A stretch of DNA of 64,000 bases, taken from assembly GCA_964448175.1 (NCBI GenBank), contig CAYUVQ010000002.1, positions 80,111-144,110 on the forward strand, read 5' to 3'. The notes below the pieces were generated by a model. The model was not told the origin of the DNA and made no database searches. It saw only the letters and a list, made by a program, of their open reading frames with translations. This document shows, in pieces, positions 39,631-49,537 of the stretch (its first letter is position 1; the number at the start of each line of letters is the position of its first letter). Both the position numbers and the translations under genes were made by a program. The DNA is from an uncultured Cellvibrionaceae bacterium. GTDB taxonomy: Bacteria > Pseudomonadota > Gammaproteobacteria > Pseudomonadales > Cellvibrionaceae.

Positions 39631-40551
39631 GTGTTTGAATACCCGGAAACATTGTCCAAGTTCTGCACAGCAGATGCCGCTGCCAGAATTTTAACGTCCC
39701 GTACATTGCGCTGGAGTTCGCCCCATTTGTTGGGCGATCCGTTCGAATTGGACCACCGCACCGGGTTAGCGTTTGATCCGCATATGTTGCTCGACGAAGT
39801 CGTGCGCAGCACCATCGCCATGATTTTTTCCCCAACCCCGCCCCACGGTAATTCACCCTTGATAAATGGCATCCGCCGCTGGCGCGATGATGGCCGTTTT
39901 GAAACACCTGCAGAAGCTGAAGCATCGAGCGCGCTGATGGAGCTGCTGTCCAAACTGGTGGATCAGCGTCAGGTGGATATCGATACGCTGATGGCGGATT
40001 GGCGACGCTTTACTCGCCATCTGCGGATCTGCTCCTTCAGTGCGAAACCAGACAACCTGCCCTGCTGGCAACGGCATGCAGACAATCATCGCGGTGCGGT
40101 GATTCGCTTCCACGTTCACGAGCTGGGCGTTAACCCTGATGTAGAAGACGCGCTGCGCCCCATGGAGTATCGGCAGATCCGCCCCGAGATCACCACCATC
40201 AAAGAGCAGTTGAATGCGGCCATCTACCACGAACGGCCCAATCTTCAGGCCGGCTTTCTCGATAAGCTCCTGTGCAAGTCCGCTATCGCCAGCAGTGAGC
40301 AGGAGTGGCGATGTTTCTACCATGCGTTGAATGAATCCAGCAGTAAAAGCACCAACGATATGGACTGGTTTGATGATCGTCCTTTTGCAGGCCAGGCGGT
40401 CAGCGCGATTTATCTGGGCGCCTACATGTCGGTCGAGGACAAAAAAACTCTGCTTGATCTACAACAGGAATTTTATCCGCGCGCGCGCATCTTCCAGGCC
40501 CAACCGGTGCATGGAAAATACGATATCGAGTTTGTAAAAGTGGCTCGCTAA
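39631..40551 (+). CDS. DUF2971-family protein
   Basis: GDPFE, CSFS...W..HADNHRG, EQEWR, IYLG pattern. Confidence 0.8.
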   Translation: MFEYPETLSKFCTADAAARILTSRTLRWSSPHLLGDPFELDHRTGLAFDPHMLLDEVVRSTIAMIFSPTPPHGNSPLINGIRRWRDDGRFETPAEAEASSALMELLSKLVDQRQVDIDTLMADWRRFTRHLRICSFSAKPDNLPCWQRHADNHRGAVIRFHVHELGVNPDVEDALRPMEYRQIRPEITTIKEQLNAAIYHERPNLQAGFLDKLLCKSAIASSEQEWRCFYHALNESSSKSTNDMDWFDDRPFAGQAVSAIYLGAYMSVEDKKTLLDLQQEFYPRARIFQAQPVHGKYDIEFVKVAR

Positions 40552-40562
40552 CCGAGTAACGG

Positions 40563-41729
40563 CTACTCCGGGTACAGCGGCAGACTAGCGGTATCGCCGC
40601 GCGCTTTTCGTTCCGGCAGCGCAGCACGTACACGCTCAAGCGCCATGCGTGCGGTAGGGCGATAGGTTGTCAGTTTCCCCCCCATCAGCGACAGCACCCG
40701 CGGTAACTCCGCATCATCCACATCCAGCAAGACTTCACGGGGCCGCGAAAATGCGCTCTTTTCGCTGCGCGGCAGCACCCGCAGGCCGGCAAAACCGGCA
40801 ACGGGCACGCCGGAAAGATCCAGGGAAGGAAAATAGTATTTCAGTGTATCCAGCAAGTAGGCTTTTTCGCTGTCGAGGCAACGGGCTTCTTCCGGCGCGC
40901 CGTGATGAATCGTTTCGGTGGTGCCGACCAGCAGCTGTTGTTTCCAGGGTAAAACAAATATCGCGCGCTTATCCTGCGGCGCTTCGAGATAAAAATACTG
41001 TTGCAGCAGTGGCGGCAATAACAAATGACTGCCTTGCACCAGTTCCACCGCCGGTAAGTGGTGGGATGGGGTGATGCGGGCAAGCACATCCAGCGCCCAA
41101 GGCCCGCTGCAGTTCATCAGCACACTCGCCGTTACGGTGTGTGAGCGCCCTGCGTATTCATAATCGATATGGCACCGCTGACCGTCCACTCGGGCGGCCG
41201 TAAAACACGCTGGAATAAGCGTTTCTGCACCCAGTGACTCCGCGGAACGCAATACCGCAGCAGTCAGTGCAGCATCGTCGGTTTGCGCTTCGTAGTAGCG
41301 AAACACTTCGCGCAAACCCTCCTGTTTTAATCCCGTTAGTGAATCCCATTCACTGGCGGGCAAGCTGCGAAAGTGCGCTGTATTACCTAATCCTGCCAGC
41401 ACCGAATACAGACTCAACCCCGCCCGGATGATCAGCGGCGAACGTTTGGAATCTTTATAAACCGGAATATGCAGCGGCTGTAGCTTCACCAGATCGGGTG
41501 CGAGTTTTAACAACAAAGCACGCTCATTAAGGCTCTCCCGCACCAGCCCAAACTGCGCGCTTTCCAGATAGCGCAATCCGCCGTGAATCAATTTGGAGGA
41601 TTTACTGGAAGTGCCCGCCGCGATGGCTTTCTGTTCAAGGACAAGCACGGAATAACCCGCTGCCGCCGCTGCCTGCGCCACACCAGCGCCCTGAATGCCC
41701 GCCCCGATCACCACCACATCATAATGCAT
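40563..41729 (-). CDS. FAD-dependent glycerol-3-phosphate dehydrogenase/oxidase-like protein (short form)
   Basis: GAGIQG, TSSKSSKLIHGGLRYLE, AGLRVL, GGKLTTYR. Confidence 0.85.
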   Translation of the reverse strand: MHYDVVVIGAGIQGAGVAQAAAAAGYSVLVLEQKAIAAGTSSKSSKLIHGGLRYLESAQFGLVRESLNERALLLKLAPDLVKLQPLHIPVYKDSKRSPLIIRAGLSLYSVLAGLGNTAHFRSLPASEWDSLTGLKQEGLREVFRYYEAQTDDAALTAAVLRSAESLGAETLIPACFTAARVDGQRCHIDYEYAGRSHTVTASVLMNCSGPWALDVLARITPSHHLPAVELVQGSHLLLPPLLQQYFYLEAPQDKRAIFVLPWKQQLLVGTTETIHHGAPEEARCLDSEKAYLLDTLKYYFPSLDLSGVPVAGFAGLRVLPRSEKSAFSRPREVLLDVDDAELPRVLSLMGGKLTTYRPTARMALERVRAALPERKARGDTASLPLYPE

Positions 41730-41810
41730 AGAAATTTCCTGTTGTTTTACGCTTGCGCCGGAGCCAGCTGACCTATTGGATAATGAAAGCCTGGCTTTCG
41801 CCGTTCGTGA

Positions 41811-43301
41811 TCAATCCCCCAGCCACACCTGCATGGCGTGCTGCCAGTTTTCAAAACGCTGGCGCAATAACAGATTCTGCCTGGGAACAAATTGGTCATC
41901 GTCACCTTGTGGCTGCCATTGTGCGGGCATACCGGCGGTCGTGAAGGCAACGCCCTGCAAGGTTGCATCCGTGTTATCACCGCGCCGAACAGTCACGCCG
42001 GTCAAATCTGCCAGCCGCTGACATAAGCCGTCCGCGCGACTCAGGCCACCGCTGATATAAATATGGTTTACCGACCCGAGTGATTGCATCAAATTGAAAT
42101 TCACCAGCAACTGAAATAACACGCTTTCCAGCCACGCCTGAATTTTTTCATGCACCGTCAGTTCACCGCTGAAGCGGGACGTTAAATCGGTTCGCCAATA
42201 AGGCGCGCTCAAACCACCCACTGCATTTAAAAAATAAGCATCATGCTGGCCAAGAGATTCTGCTAAAGCGGTGTCGATGAGGGCCGGGGTAATTTGTGTA
42301 TCCATGTGCGTCTGCAACCAATCTATGGCTGCTGCCGCGCCATTGACCGTTGCTTCCCAGGCGTACATTCTTGGAGTCGATACGTCGGCGAGGTCCGGCA
42401 ACCAGAGCGGGCTGACCAATAATCCCGGCGGGGCATCCAGGTTTGTCGTAACACGCTGGATGAACGCTCCGGTACCAATATTGATATAACACGCATCCGC
42501 CTCGGGCACACCCCGCGCAAATAACGATGCTCCCTGATCTCGCTGGCAGCTTATCAGCGGAACGTCCTCACCACCCACAAGCAGCGTACCGAACCGGCTG
42601 TTATGGGAAACGCAGCCCGGCAAATTTGCCGCATCAATACGGAAAATATCCAGCAGCTCTTGATCCCAGTTTTTGCTGGATAAATTCCACAACAGCGTGC
42701 GTTGCGCGTGCCCGGGATCAACAAAAGACTGGGCATTATTTTGCAGCAGATTGGCAAAGAGATAACTGGCAATGGGACCAATCATCAATTGCCCGGCGAG
42801 TGCAGCAGATTTAACTGATTCGAGATGATCAAGGCACCAGCGAATTTTACTGGCACCATAATGCGGAGAGATACGCAGCCCCGTGCGTTGCCTGACTTCA
42901 TCGTGATTTAATGGAAAATTTTCCAGCACGGCTTCCGCACGCCGGTCCTGCCAGCTCAGCACGGGTGATAAAGCAGAACCTGTTGACCGCTGCCAGCACA
43001 GCAAAGATGATCCCTGCCCTGCAAAACCTGCAGCAACCACCGGTTGATTTTCCTTACGCAGCACACTTTCAATCTGCTGCAGGCACTCGCGAATACCCGT
43101 GAGGATCTGTTCGCCATCCTGCTCAACATGAACACGTTGCTGCTCATCAATATAAGTCTGCGTTGCGCAAGGCGCGGAGAATATACACACCTGCTCACCC
43201 GTGCGACGATACAATGCGACCCGACTGCTTTGGCCACCCTGATCAATGGCAAGCACCAGCCCTTTATCCATACCGTTCATTGCAGCGTGAGATTCCAACA
43301 T
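41811..43301 (-). CDS. FGGY carbohydrate kinase, glycerol kinase-like
   Basis: AIDQGGQSSR, SWQDRR, GTGAF, GLSAPYW. Confidence 0.85.
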   Translation of the reverse strand: MLESHAAMNGMDKGLVLAIDQGGQSSRVALYRRTGEQVCIFSAPCATQTYIDEQQRVHVEQDGEQILTGIRECLQQIESVLRKENQPVVAAGFAGQGSSLLCWQRSTGSALSPVLSWQDRRAEAVLENFPLNHDEVRQRTGLRISPHYGASKIRWCLDHLESVKSAALAGQLMIGPIASYLFANLLQNNAQSFVDPGHAQRTLLWNLSSKNWDQELLDIFRIDAANLPGCVSHNSRFGTLLVGGEDVPLISCQRDQGASLFARGVPEADACYINIGTGAFIQRVTTNLDAPPGLLVSPLWLPDLADVSTPRMYAWEATVNGAAAAIDWLQTHMDTQITPALIDTALAESLGQHDAYFLNAVGGLSAPYWRTDLTSRFSGELTVHEKIQAWLESVLFQLLVNFNLMQSLGSVNHIYISGGLSRADGLCQRLADLTGVTVRRGDNTDATLQGVAFTTAGMPAQWQPQGDDDQFVPRQNLLLRQRFENWQHAMQVWLGD

Positions 43302-43310
43302 AACTATCTT

Positions 43311-43751
43311 TTAGGCTCGTGCCATATAAACGGCGAGCAAAGGCAACAGCATGACCGCCACCAGCTCAATACGCTGTATCAGCCGGATGTTTGCAGGCAG
43401 AGGTATCAGGGCAGAGTCAGGTGAATGTCGGGAGAGTTTGTGGGCTTTAAAAAATTGTACGGTGGGCCAGATCGACAGCAGGGCTACTAACAAAAACACA
43501 CTCACTTTCGCATGGAAGAACCCGTTTTGCGCATAAAAAATGGCTGGCTTGCCGACCCAGAAGACTTTGCTCAAGCCGGTCAGCAACACCAGGATTGCCG
43601 CAACGCCGTAAAGTCCATCCAGCACAAAAAGACGTTTGACTTGCTGAGGGCTTGCCTCCGTCACAAACAACAGGTGCTGGGCCACCAATGTTGCGAATAA
43701 CATCATAAACCCCAGGTAATGCAGATAAGTTACCAGTGCTTCCATCAACAT
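43311..43751 (-). CDS. DUF2214-family membrane protein
   Basis: YLHYL, DGLYG, FHAKV..LSIWPT, terminal MAR; four TMs. Confidence 0.8.
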   Translation of the reverse strand: MLMEALVTYLHYLGFMMLFATLVAQHLLFVTEASPQQVKRLFVLDGLYGVAAILVLLTGLSKVFWVGKPAIFYAQNGFFHAKVSVFLLVALLSIWPTVQFFKAHKLSRHSPDSALIPLPANIRLIQRIELVAVMLLPLLAVYMARA

Positions 43752-43804
43752 AAATCCCTACCCTTCGAAAAAGTGTGTGTTGAGCATACTCTTTCTCGGG
43801 GCGC

Positions 43805-43840
43805 AAAAAAAAGCGACCCGGACTAAAAAGACCGGGCCGC
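43805..43840 (-). terminator. Terminator after the DUF1820 gene
   Basis: GCGGCCCGG/CCGGGTCGC stem plus T8 on the minus strand. Confidence 0.75.
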
Positions 43841-43875
43841 CGATGATCACTCAAGTATCTGCCGTAACGGGAAGG

Positions 43876-44214
43876 TTATTCTCCCGAACCGGGATTCGGT
43901 ATAAAGCCGCCGTAAGGGAATTGGGCGATCTTATCGCTTCCCTTGAACTCGCTGATCTTTGCCGAGCCCTCTTTTTCCACTTCGTCGATCCGTACAATGG
44001 CATGCATGGGGATGTAAGAGCGCTTCACGCCCGCGAATTCATTCTTCAGCCGCTCTTCCGCTGGATCAACCAGTAACTGACTGCGCTCGCCAAAGACAAA
44101 CTCTTCAACCTCGATAAAACCATACATCTCGCTCTGGTATATCGCCCGGGCAAAAATCTCATAGACCTGGCCCTGATTAAGGAAAATGACTTTGTAGGTG
44201 GGTTTAACTGCCAT
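43876..44214 (-). CDS. DUF1820-family protein
   Basis: YKVIFLNQGQVYEI, SYIPMHAIVRIDEV; divergent from miaB. Confidence 0.85.
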   Translation of the reverse strand: MAVKPTYKVIFLNQGQVYEIFARAIYQSEMYGFIEVEEFVFGERSQLLVDPAEERLKNEFAGVKRSYIPMHAIVRIDEVEKEGSAKISEFKGSDKIAQFPYGGFIPNPGSGE

Positions 44215-44423
44215 AAAACTCTCTGACTATGCTGTGCAGGTGGCCGAACATCAGCCGCCTTTGGGACGGGCGCGAAGGATAGCATATTCCGCACATTTAC
44301 TCCCTGTCGTTTCCTGCAGATCTAATCCGCGAACAACCCCTGCTCGCTATAGGCTTACACCCCTAAAGGCCGTTATAATGCGCGCCCGAGTTTTCTGCGT
44401 AATTTTTGATCAGGTTTACTGTC

Positions 44424-45794
44424 ATGACCACCACTGAGACCACAACCAAGAAGCTTTATATCAAGACCCACGGTTGTCAGATGAACGAGTACGATTCCTC
44501 GCGCATGCGCGATCTGCTCGGAGAATCACACAATATGGTGGCCACCGAAAACCCGGAAGATGCAGACGTTATCCTGATCAACACCTGCTCTATTCGTGAA
44601 AAAGCTCAGGAAAAACTGTTCCATGAGCTGGGCCGCTGGAAACAGTTAAAAAAGAAGAACCCTGATCTGGTAATTGGTGTTGGTGGCTGCGTCGCCAGTC
44701 AGGAAGGTGCCGCTATTGCCGAACGGGCGCCGTATGTGGATCTTATCTTCGGCCCCCAGACCTTGCATCGTTTGCCCGAGATGATGGAAACCAAGCGCGC
44801 CAACGGCGCGGTGGTAGTCGACATCAGCTTCCCCGAAATCGAAAAATTTGACCGTCTGCCACAACCAGACGCCGATGGGGTCAGCGCTTTCGTATCCATT
44901 ATGGAAGGCTGTTCCAAATACTGTACCTTCTGCGTGGTTCCTTACACGCGGGGGGAAGAAGTCAGCCGTCCGGTGGCTGATGTCATGGCTGAAATTGTCC
45001 ATTTGGCTGGTCAGGGTGTGCGCGAAGTGAACCTGCTGGGCCAGAACGTCAACGCCTATCGCGGCGCGGGGAAAGACGGAACGGTCGTGGATCTGGCAGA
45101 ACTGATTACCTATGTCGCCGCTATTGATGGTATCGACCGCATCCGCTTCACCACCTCACACCCGGTCGAATTCACCGATGCGCTGATCGATGTTTACAAC
45201 GAGGTACCGGAGCTGGTCAGCCACCTTCACCTGCCAGTGCAGAGCGGCTCAGATCGCATTCTTATGGCCATGAAGCGCGGCCACACTGCCCTTGAGTACA
45301 AGTCCAAGCTACGTCGCCTGAAAAAAATCCGCCCCAACATCAGCTTCTCTTCTGATTTTATTGTTGGCTTCCCCGGCGAGACGGATGCTGACTTTGAAGC
45401 CACCATGAAGCTGATCCACGACATGGACTTTGATACGTCCTTCAGTTTCATCTACAGCCCCCGTCCAGGGACTCCCGCCGCCGACCTCCCGGATGACACG
45501 CCGGAAGAGGTTAAGAAACAGCGGCTGCAAATTCTGCAGGATCGCCTCATCCAACAAGCTATGGGTATAAGCAGACGGATGGTAGGCAATACCGAGCGCA
45601 TACTGGTAAACGGTTATTCGCGCAAAGACCCCGGCCAGCTGTGTGGCCGGACGGAGAACAACCGGGTCGTAAACTTCCGCTGTGACAATCCGGCATTGAT
45701 CGGCAAGTTCGCCGATATCCTGATTGAAGAGGCTTTGCCTAACTCCCTGCGCGGCACCTTGATCAGTTCGGAGCTTGATGCCGACTGGTGCTGA
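44424..45794 (+). CDS. miaB: tRNA-i6A37 methylthiotransferase
   Basis: [28 protein letters not shown] domain. Confidence 0.97.
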   Translation: MTTTETTTKKLYIKTHGCQMNEYDSSRMRDLLGESHNMVATENPEDADVILINTCSIREKAQEKLFHELGRWKQLKKKNPDLVIGVGGCVASQEGAAIAERAPYVDLIFGPQTLHRLPEMMETKRANGAVVVDISFPEIEKFDRLPQPDADGVSAFVSIMEGCSKYCTFCVVPYTRGEEVSRPVADVMAEIVHLAGQGVREVNLLGQNVNAYRGAGKDGTVVDLAELITYVAAIDGIDRIRFTTSHPVEFTDALIDVYNEVPELVSHLHLPVQSGSDRILMAMKRGHTALEYKSKLRRLKKIRPNISFSSDFIVGFPGETDADFEATMKLIHDMDFDTSFSFIYSPRPGTPAADLPDDTPEEVKKQRLQILQDRLIQQAMGISRRMVGNTERILVNGYSRKDPGQLCGRTENNRVVNFRCDNPALIGKFADILIEEALPNSLRGTLISSELDADWC

Positions 45795-45921
45795 TCGCCA
45801 GGCGCCACAGTCAGTTAAAAAACCAGGGCCATGGATTCCTCGTGGCCGCGTCCGCTCCACACCAGAATCAACTTAACGCCCCGGGTATGGCGGTTCGGCG
45901 GCGCTCGATGAAGGATTTTGC

Positions 45922-46887
45922 ATGATGAGGTTGAATAAGGACTACGTGTGGCCGGTGATTGGATTGGCTGCGGTAGGATTTTCAGCTTGGCTGTTATTAC
46001 ATCAACTGCGCGACATATCTATCGACGACATCCTCGATAGCCTTAATGCTATTCCGCTCCACGGCTGGGTCCTCTCGGCTCTCGCCACACTCGTGGCCTA
46101 TGCCGCCCTGGCTGGCTACGATCGTCTCGCCCTGCTCCACCTGCGCAAGAAAATTTCCTGGGGATTTATTACTGCCGCATCGTTCACAGCCTACGCCCTC
46201 GGCCACAACATCGGGGCATCGGTGTTTTCCGGCGGGGTGGTGCGCTATCGTGCCTATACCGCCAAAGGCTTGACCGGAGCCGACGTAGGCGTGCTGGTGG
46301 CATTCTGTTCGTTCACTTTCGCCCTCGGCTCAGTCATGTTGGGCGGTATCGTGTTGTTGATCGAGCCTCGGCTGGTTAACCGGTTCTTTGAAGATACGGC
46401 GCTCTGGATTCCCATCGTCAGTGGTGTCGCCATGTTGGCATTGGTTGGGCTTTATGTGGTTGGCAGTAGCCTGCGATTAAAATCCCTGCGCATCCGTAAC
46501 GTCCGCCTGCAGTACCCGCGCCTGCGGATCGTAGTGCGGCAGTTGATCATCGGTCCGCTGGAGCTGATCGGTGCAGCGGCGATTATTTATTTCGCACTGC
46601 CTGCAGAGAGCAACCCCGGCTTTTTGCTGGTCCTGGGTATTTTCCTGGCATCATTCTCGGCCGCCCTGGTTTCCCATGCTCCTGGAGGGTTGGGGGTGCT
46701 AGAGGTGGTATTTCTTCTCGCCTTGCCGGATGTAAATCCTGCAGATGTCATTGCTGCTCTGCTTGTGTTCCGCTTGTTTTATCTTTTGATTCCCCTCGCG
46801 CTGTCTCTGGTGGTAGTGCTGATATTTGAGCATGGCCAGTGGCTCCAGCGGTGGCGGCTGGCGCACGACTCCAAAAAAGAAAAATAA
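45922..46887 (+). CDS. Lysylphosphatidylglycerol synthase TM/flippase-only protein (UPF0104/YbhN-like)
   Basis: Multi-TM; SGGVVRYRAY, HAPGGLGVLE, FRLFY. Confidence 0.85.
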   Translation: MMRLNKDYVWPVIGLAAVGFSAWLLLHQLRDISIDDILDSLNAIPLHGWVLSALATLVAYAALAGYDRLALLHLRKKISWGFITAASFTAYALGHNIGASVFSGGVVRYRAYTAKGLTGADVGVLVAFCSFTFALGSVMLGGIVLLIEPRLVNRFFEDTALWIPIVSGVAMLALVGLYVVGSSLRLKSLRIRNVRLQYPRLRIVVRQLIIGPLELIGAAAIIYFALPAESNPGFLLVLGIFLASFSAALVSHAPGGLGVLEVVFLLALPDVNPADVIAALLVFRLFYLLIPLALSLVVVLIFEHGQWLQRWRLAHDSKKEK

Positions 46888-46909
46888 ATCCATAACCGTA
46901 AGTTAGTAA

Positions 46910-46951
46910 AAAAGCCCCTGAAAGAAGCATTTATACCTTCAAGAGGCTTTT
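46910..46951 (+). terminator. Imperfect terminator-like hairpin before phoH
   Basis: AAAAGCC..TGAA / TTCA..GGCTTTT. Confidence 0.5.
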
Positions 46952-47016
46952 ACCCGTGTGGTGAATAGTTTAGTCTTCGAATCGTGTACAGCCAAAAGAG
47001 CCATGACTCTCCTTTA

Positions 47017-48072
47017 ATGAATAGCCATATAGCCACCAGCCCTGAAGCTATCACCCGACAACTCACTCTGGAACCGGATGATAGCCGTCGCCTTGCCAAT
47101 CTCTGCGGTCAATTCGGCCGACACCTGCGCCAGATCGAACAACGCTTGAATGTGGAAATCCGTAACCGTGGCAACGAGTTTGCCTTGGTTGGCGATACTC
47201 AACCCACAGAAGCCGCGGCAGGATTGTTACGCCACCTTTACCAGCAGACCAACAACATCGAGTTGACGCCGGATGAGATCCACCTTGCCTTGCAAACCTC
47301 CGGCATAGAGGCCCTTATGGAACAATTGAATACTCCTTATTCTGGCGATGATGAGAATCCCGACAGAGACCCGGACAGCACCGATGCCAGCGCTGGCATT
47401 ACCCTGATCCGCACCAAAAAATGCACGATCAAGCCACGCGGCCTGAATCAGCAGCGCTACGTTCGTTCAGTTCAGAGCAATGACATTAACTTCGGCATCG
47501 GTCCTGCCGGTACTGGCAAGACGTATCTGGCTGTGGCCTGCGCGGTGGAGGCACTGCTGAAAGACGAGGTAGAGCGTATTCTGCTGGTACGTCCCGCCGT
47601 AGAAGCGGGGGAGAAGCTGGGCTTTCTGCCTGGTGACCTTGCGCAAAAGGTGGATCCCTATCTGCGTCCGCTGTATGACGCCCTGTTCGAGATGCTGGGC
47701 TTCGAGACAGTAGGCAAGCTGATGGAACGCGGTGTGATTGAGGTTGCCCCTCTCGCATTTATGCGCGGCCGTACCTTGAACAACTCCTTCGTCATCCTGG
47801 ATGAGAGCCAGAACACCACCCGTGAACAGATGAAGATGTTCCTCACCCGGATCGGTTTCGGCACGACCGCCGTCATTACCGGTGACCCCACCCAGATCGA
47901 CTTGCCGCGCGGCCAGCAATCCGGCCTGCGTCATGCTATCGATGTATTGGAAAACGTGGCGGGCATCAGCTTCACTCACTTCAATTCCAAAGACGTGGTG
48001 CGCCACCCGCTCGTGCAACGTATCGTAGAGGCTTACGATCAGTTTGAGCAGAAGCCGGGCGTGACCGACTAA
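47017..48072 (+). CDS. ybeZ: PhoH-family ATPase
   Basis: [26 protein letters not shown]. Confidence 0.95.
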   Translation: MNSHIATSPEAITRQLTLEPDDSRRLANLCGQFGRHLRQIEQRLNVEIRNRGNEFALVGDTQPTEAAAGLLRHLYQQTNNIELTPDEIHLALQTSGIEALMEQLNTPYSGDDENPDRDPDSTDASAGITLIRTKKCTIKPRGLNQQRYVRSVQSNDINFGIGPAGTGKTYLAVACAVEALLKDEVERILLVRPAVEAGEKLGFLPGDLAQKVDPYLRPLYDALFEMLGFETVGKLMERGVIEVAPLAFMRGRTLNNSFVILDESQNTTREQMKMFLTRIGFGTTAVITGDPTQIDLPRGQQSGLRHAIDVLENVAGISFTHFNSKDVVRHPLVQRIVEAYDQFEQKPGVTD

Positions 48073-48077
48073 CCATC

Positions 48078-48548
48078 ATGACCACTCACGTTGATATCGA
48101 CGTTGCCAGCAGCAGCACCCGCCTGGCCGTCACCGAACACATCGAAAGCTGGATCAGCACTGCCCTGGCGGCAGTGCCCGATCTGAACAAACCCGCTACG
48201 GAAGTCAGTGTTTATATTGTTGATGAAGCCGAGAGTCAGGAATTTAACCTGCGCTACCGACAACAGAACAAACCCACCAATGTGCTTTCTTTCCCCGCCG
48301 ATATTCCCGCCGAATTGAATTTACCTTTGCTGGGGGATCTCGTTATCTGCGCACCGGTCGTAGAACGTGAGGCGGCGGAGCAGCACAAAACGCTGGAAGC
48401 TCATTGGGCACATATGGTGGTGCACGGGACCTTGCATTTGATCGGGTACGACCATATAACCGACCCCGAAGCGGAGGAAATGGAGAATCTGGAAACCCGG
48501 ATTCTTACCCAGATGGGTTTCCCCCCGCCGTATGAAACCACCGAATAA
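48078..48548 (+). CDS. ybeY: rRNA maturation endoribonuclease YbeY
   Basis: [18 protein letters not shown]. Confidence 0.96.
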   Translation: MTTHVDIDVASSSTRLAVTEHIESWISTALAAVPDLNKPATEVSVYIVDEAESQEFNLRYRQQNKPTNVLSFPADIPAELNLPLLGDLVICAPVVEREAAEQHKTLEAHWAHMVVHGTLHLIGYDHITDPEAEEMENLETRILTQMGFPPPYETTE

Positions 48549-48589
48549 CAACTTTTACCGTTTACTTAGCTCACAGGAAAAGCATTACC

Positions 48590-49462
48590 ATGTCGGACGA
48601 TCCCACGAGTAGCAGCGTTCAGCGCCACCATACGGACCGCATCATAGAGAAACAAGATCGGTCCTGGCTGGACAAATTGCTCCATGCCTTTAGCGCTGAA
48701 CCTAAATCCCGCGAAGAACTACTGGACATCATCAAGGATGCCGCCGATAACCAGTTATTGGACCAGGAAGCCTTGAGTATCATCGAAGGAGCGCTCGACG
48801 TATCCTCCCTGCAGGCCCGCGAAATCATGGTGCCCCGCTCCCAGATCGTTGCCGTACGGATTGACGATAGCCCGCAAGAGTTTCTCCCCAAGATTATTGA
48901 ATCGGGACACTCGCGGTTTCCGGTGATAGGGGAATCTGCCGATGACATCCGCGGCATCCTGCTCGCCAAAGACCTGCTGCGTTTGCTGCTGGATAACCAG
49001 CAGAATTTCAATCTGGAAAATATTCTGCGGCCCGCCAATATCGTGCCGGAAAGCAAGCGCGTGAACGTACTGCTGCGCGAGTTTCGTGAAAAGCGCTACC
49101 ACATGGCCTTGGTCATTGATGAATACGGTGGCATCTCCGGCCTCCTGACCATCGAAGATATCCTGGAAGAAATAGTTGGGGACATCGAAGATGAAACGGA
49201 CGAGGAAGCCAGTGATGACTTCATCAAGAAGGTGAGCGAAACGGACTACATTGTTAAGGCGCTCACCCCCATTGAAGAATTTAACGAGTATTTCCACTCC
49301 GGCTTGAGCGAAGAGGACTTTGACACCATTGGCGGGATCCTCATGCAGGAGTTCGGCCATCTGCCCAAGCGCAATGAAGTGGCGGTCATCGACAATTTTC
49401 AGTTCCGCGTGCTGTATGCAGACAACCGGCAAATACATCTGCTAAGGTTAACGGTCAATTAA
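48590..49462 (+). CDS. corC: CBS/CorC magnesium-related protein
   Basis: HSRFPV, DEYGG, EDILEEIVGDIEDE. Confidence 0.92.
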   Translation: MSDDPTSSSVQRHHTDRIIEKQDRSWLDKLLHAFSAEPKSREELLDIIKDAADNQLLDQEALSIIEGALDVSSLQAREIMVPRSQIVAVRIDDSPQEFLPKIIESGHSRFPVIGESADDIRGILLAKDLLRLLLDNQQNFNLENILRPANIVPESKRVNVLLREFREKRYHMALVIDEYGGISGLLTIEDILEEIVGDIEDETDEEASDDFIKKVSETDYIVKALTPIEEFNEYFHSGLSEEDFDTIGGILMQEFGHLPKRNEVAVIDNFQFRVLYADNRQIHLLRLTVN

Positions 49463-49468
49463 TCGCAG

Positions 49469-49499
49469 AAATCCCGCCCTTCGCTGGCGGGATTTTTTT
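49469..49499 (+). terminator. Terminator between corC and lnt
   Basis: AATCCCGCC/GGCGGGATT stem plus T-run. Confidence 0.8.
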
Positions 49500-49537
49500 A
49501 GCAGCCATCGTTTAACACCTTGACGAACCCTTCATTC

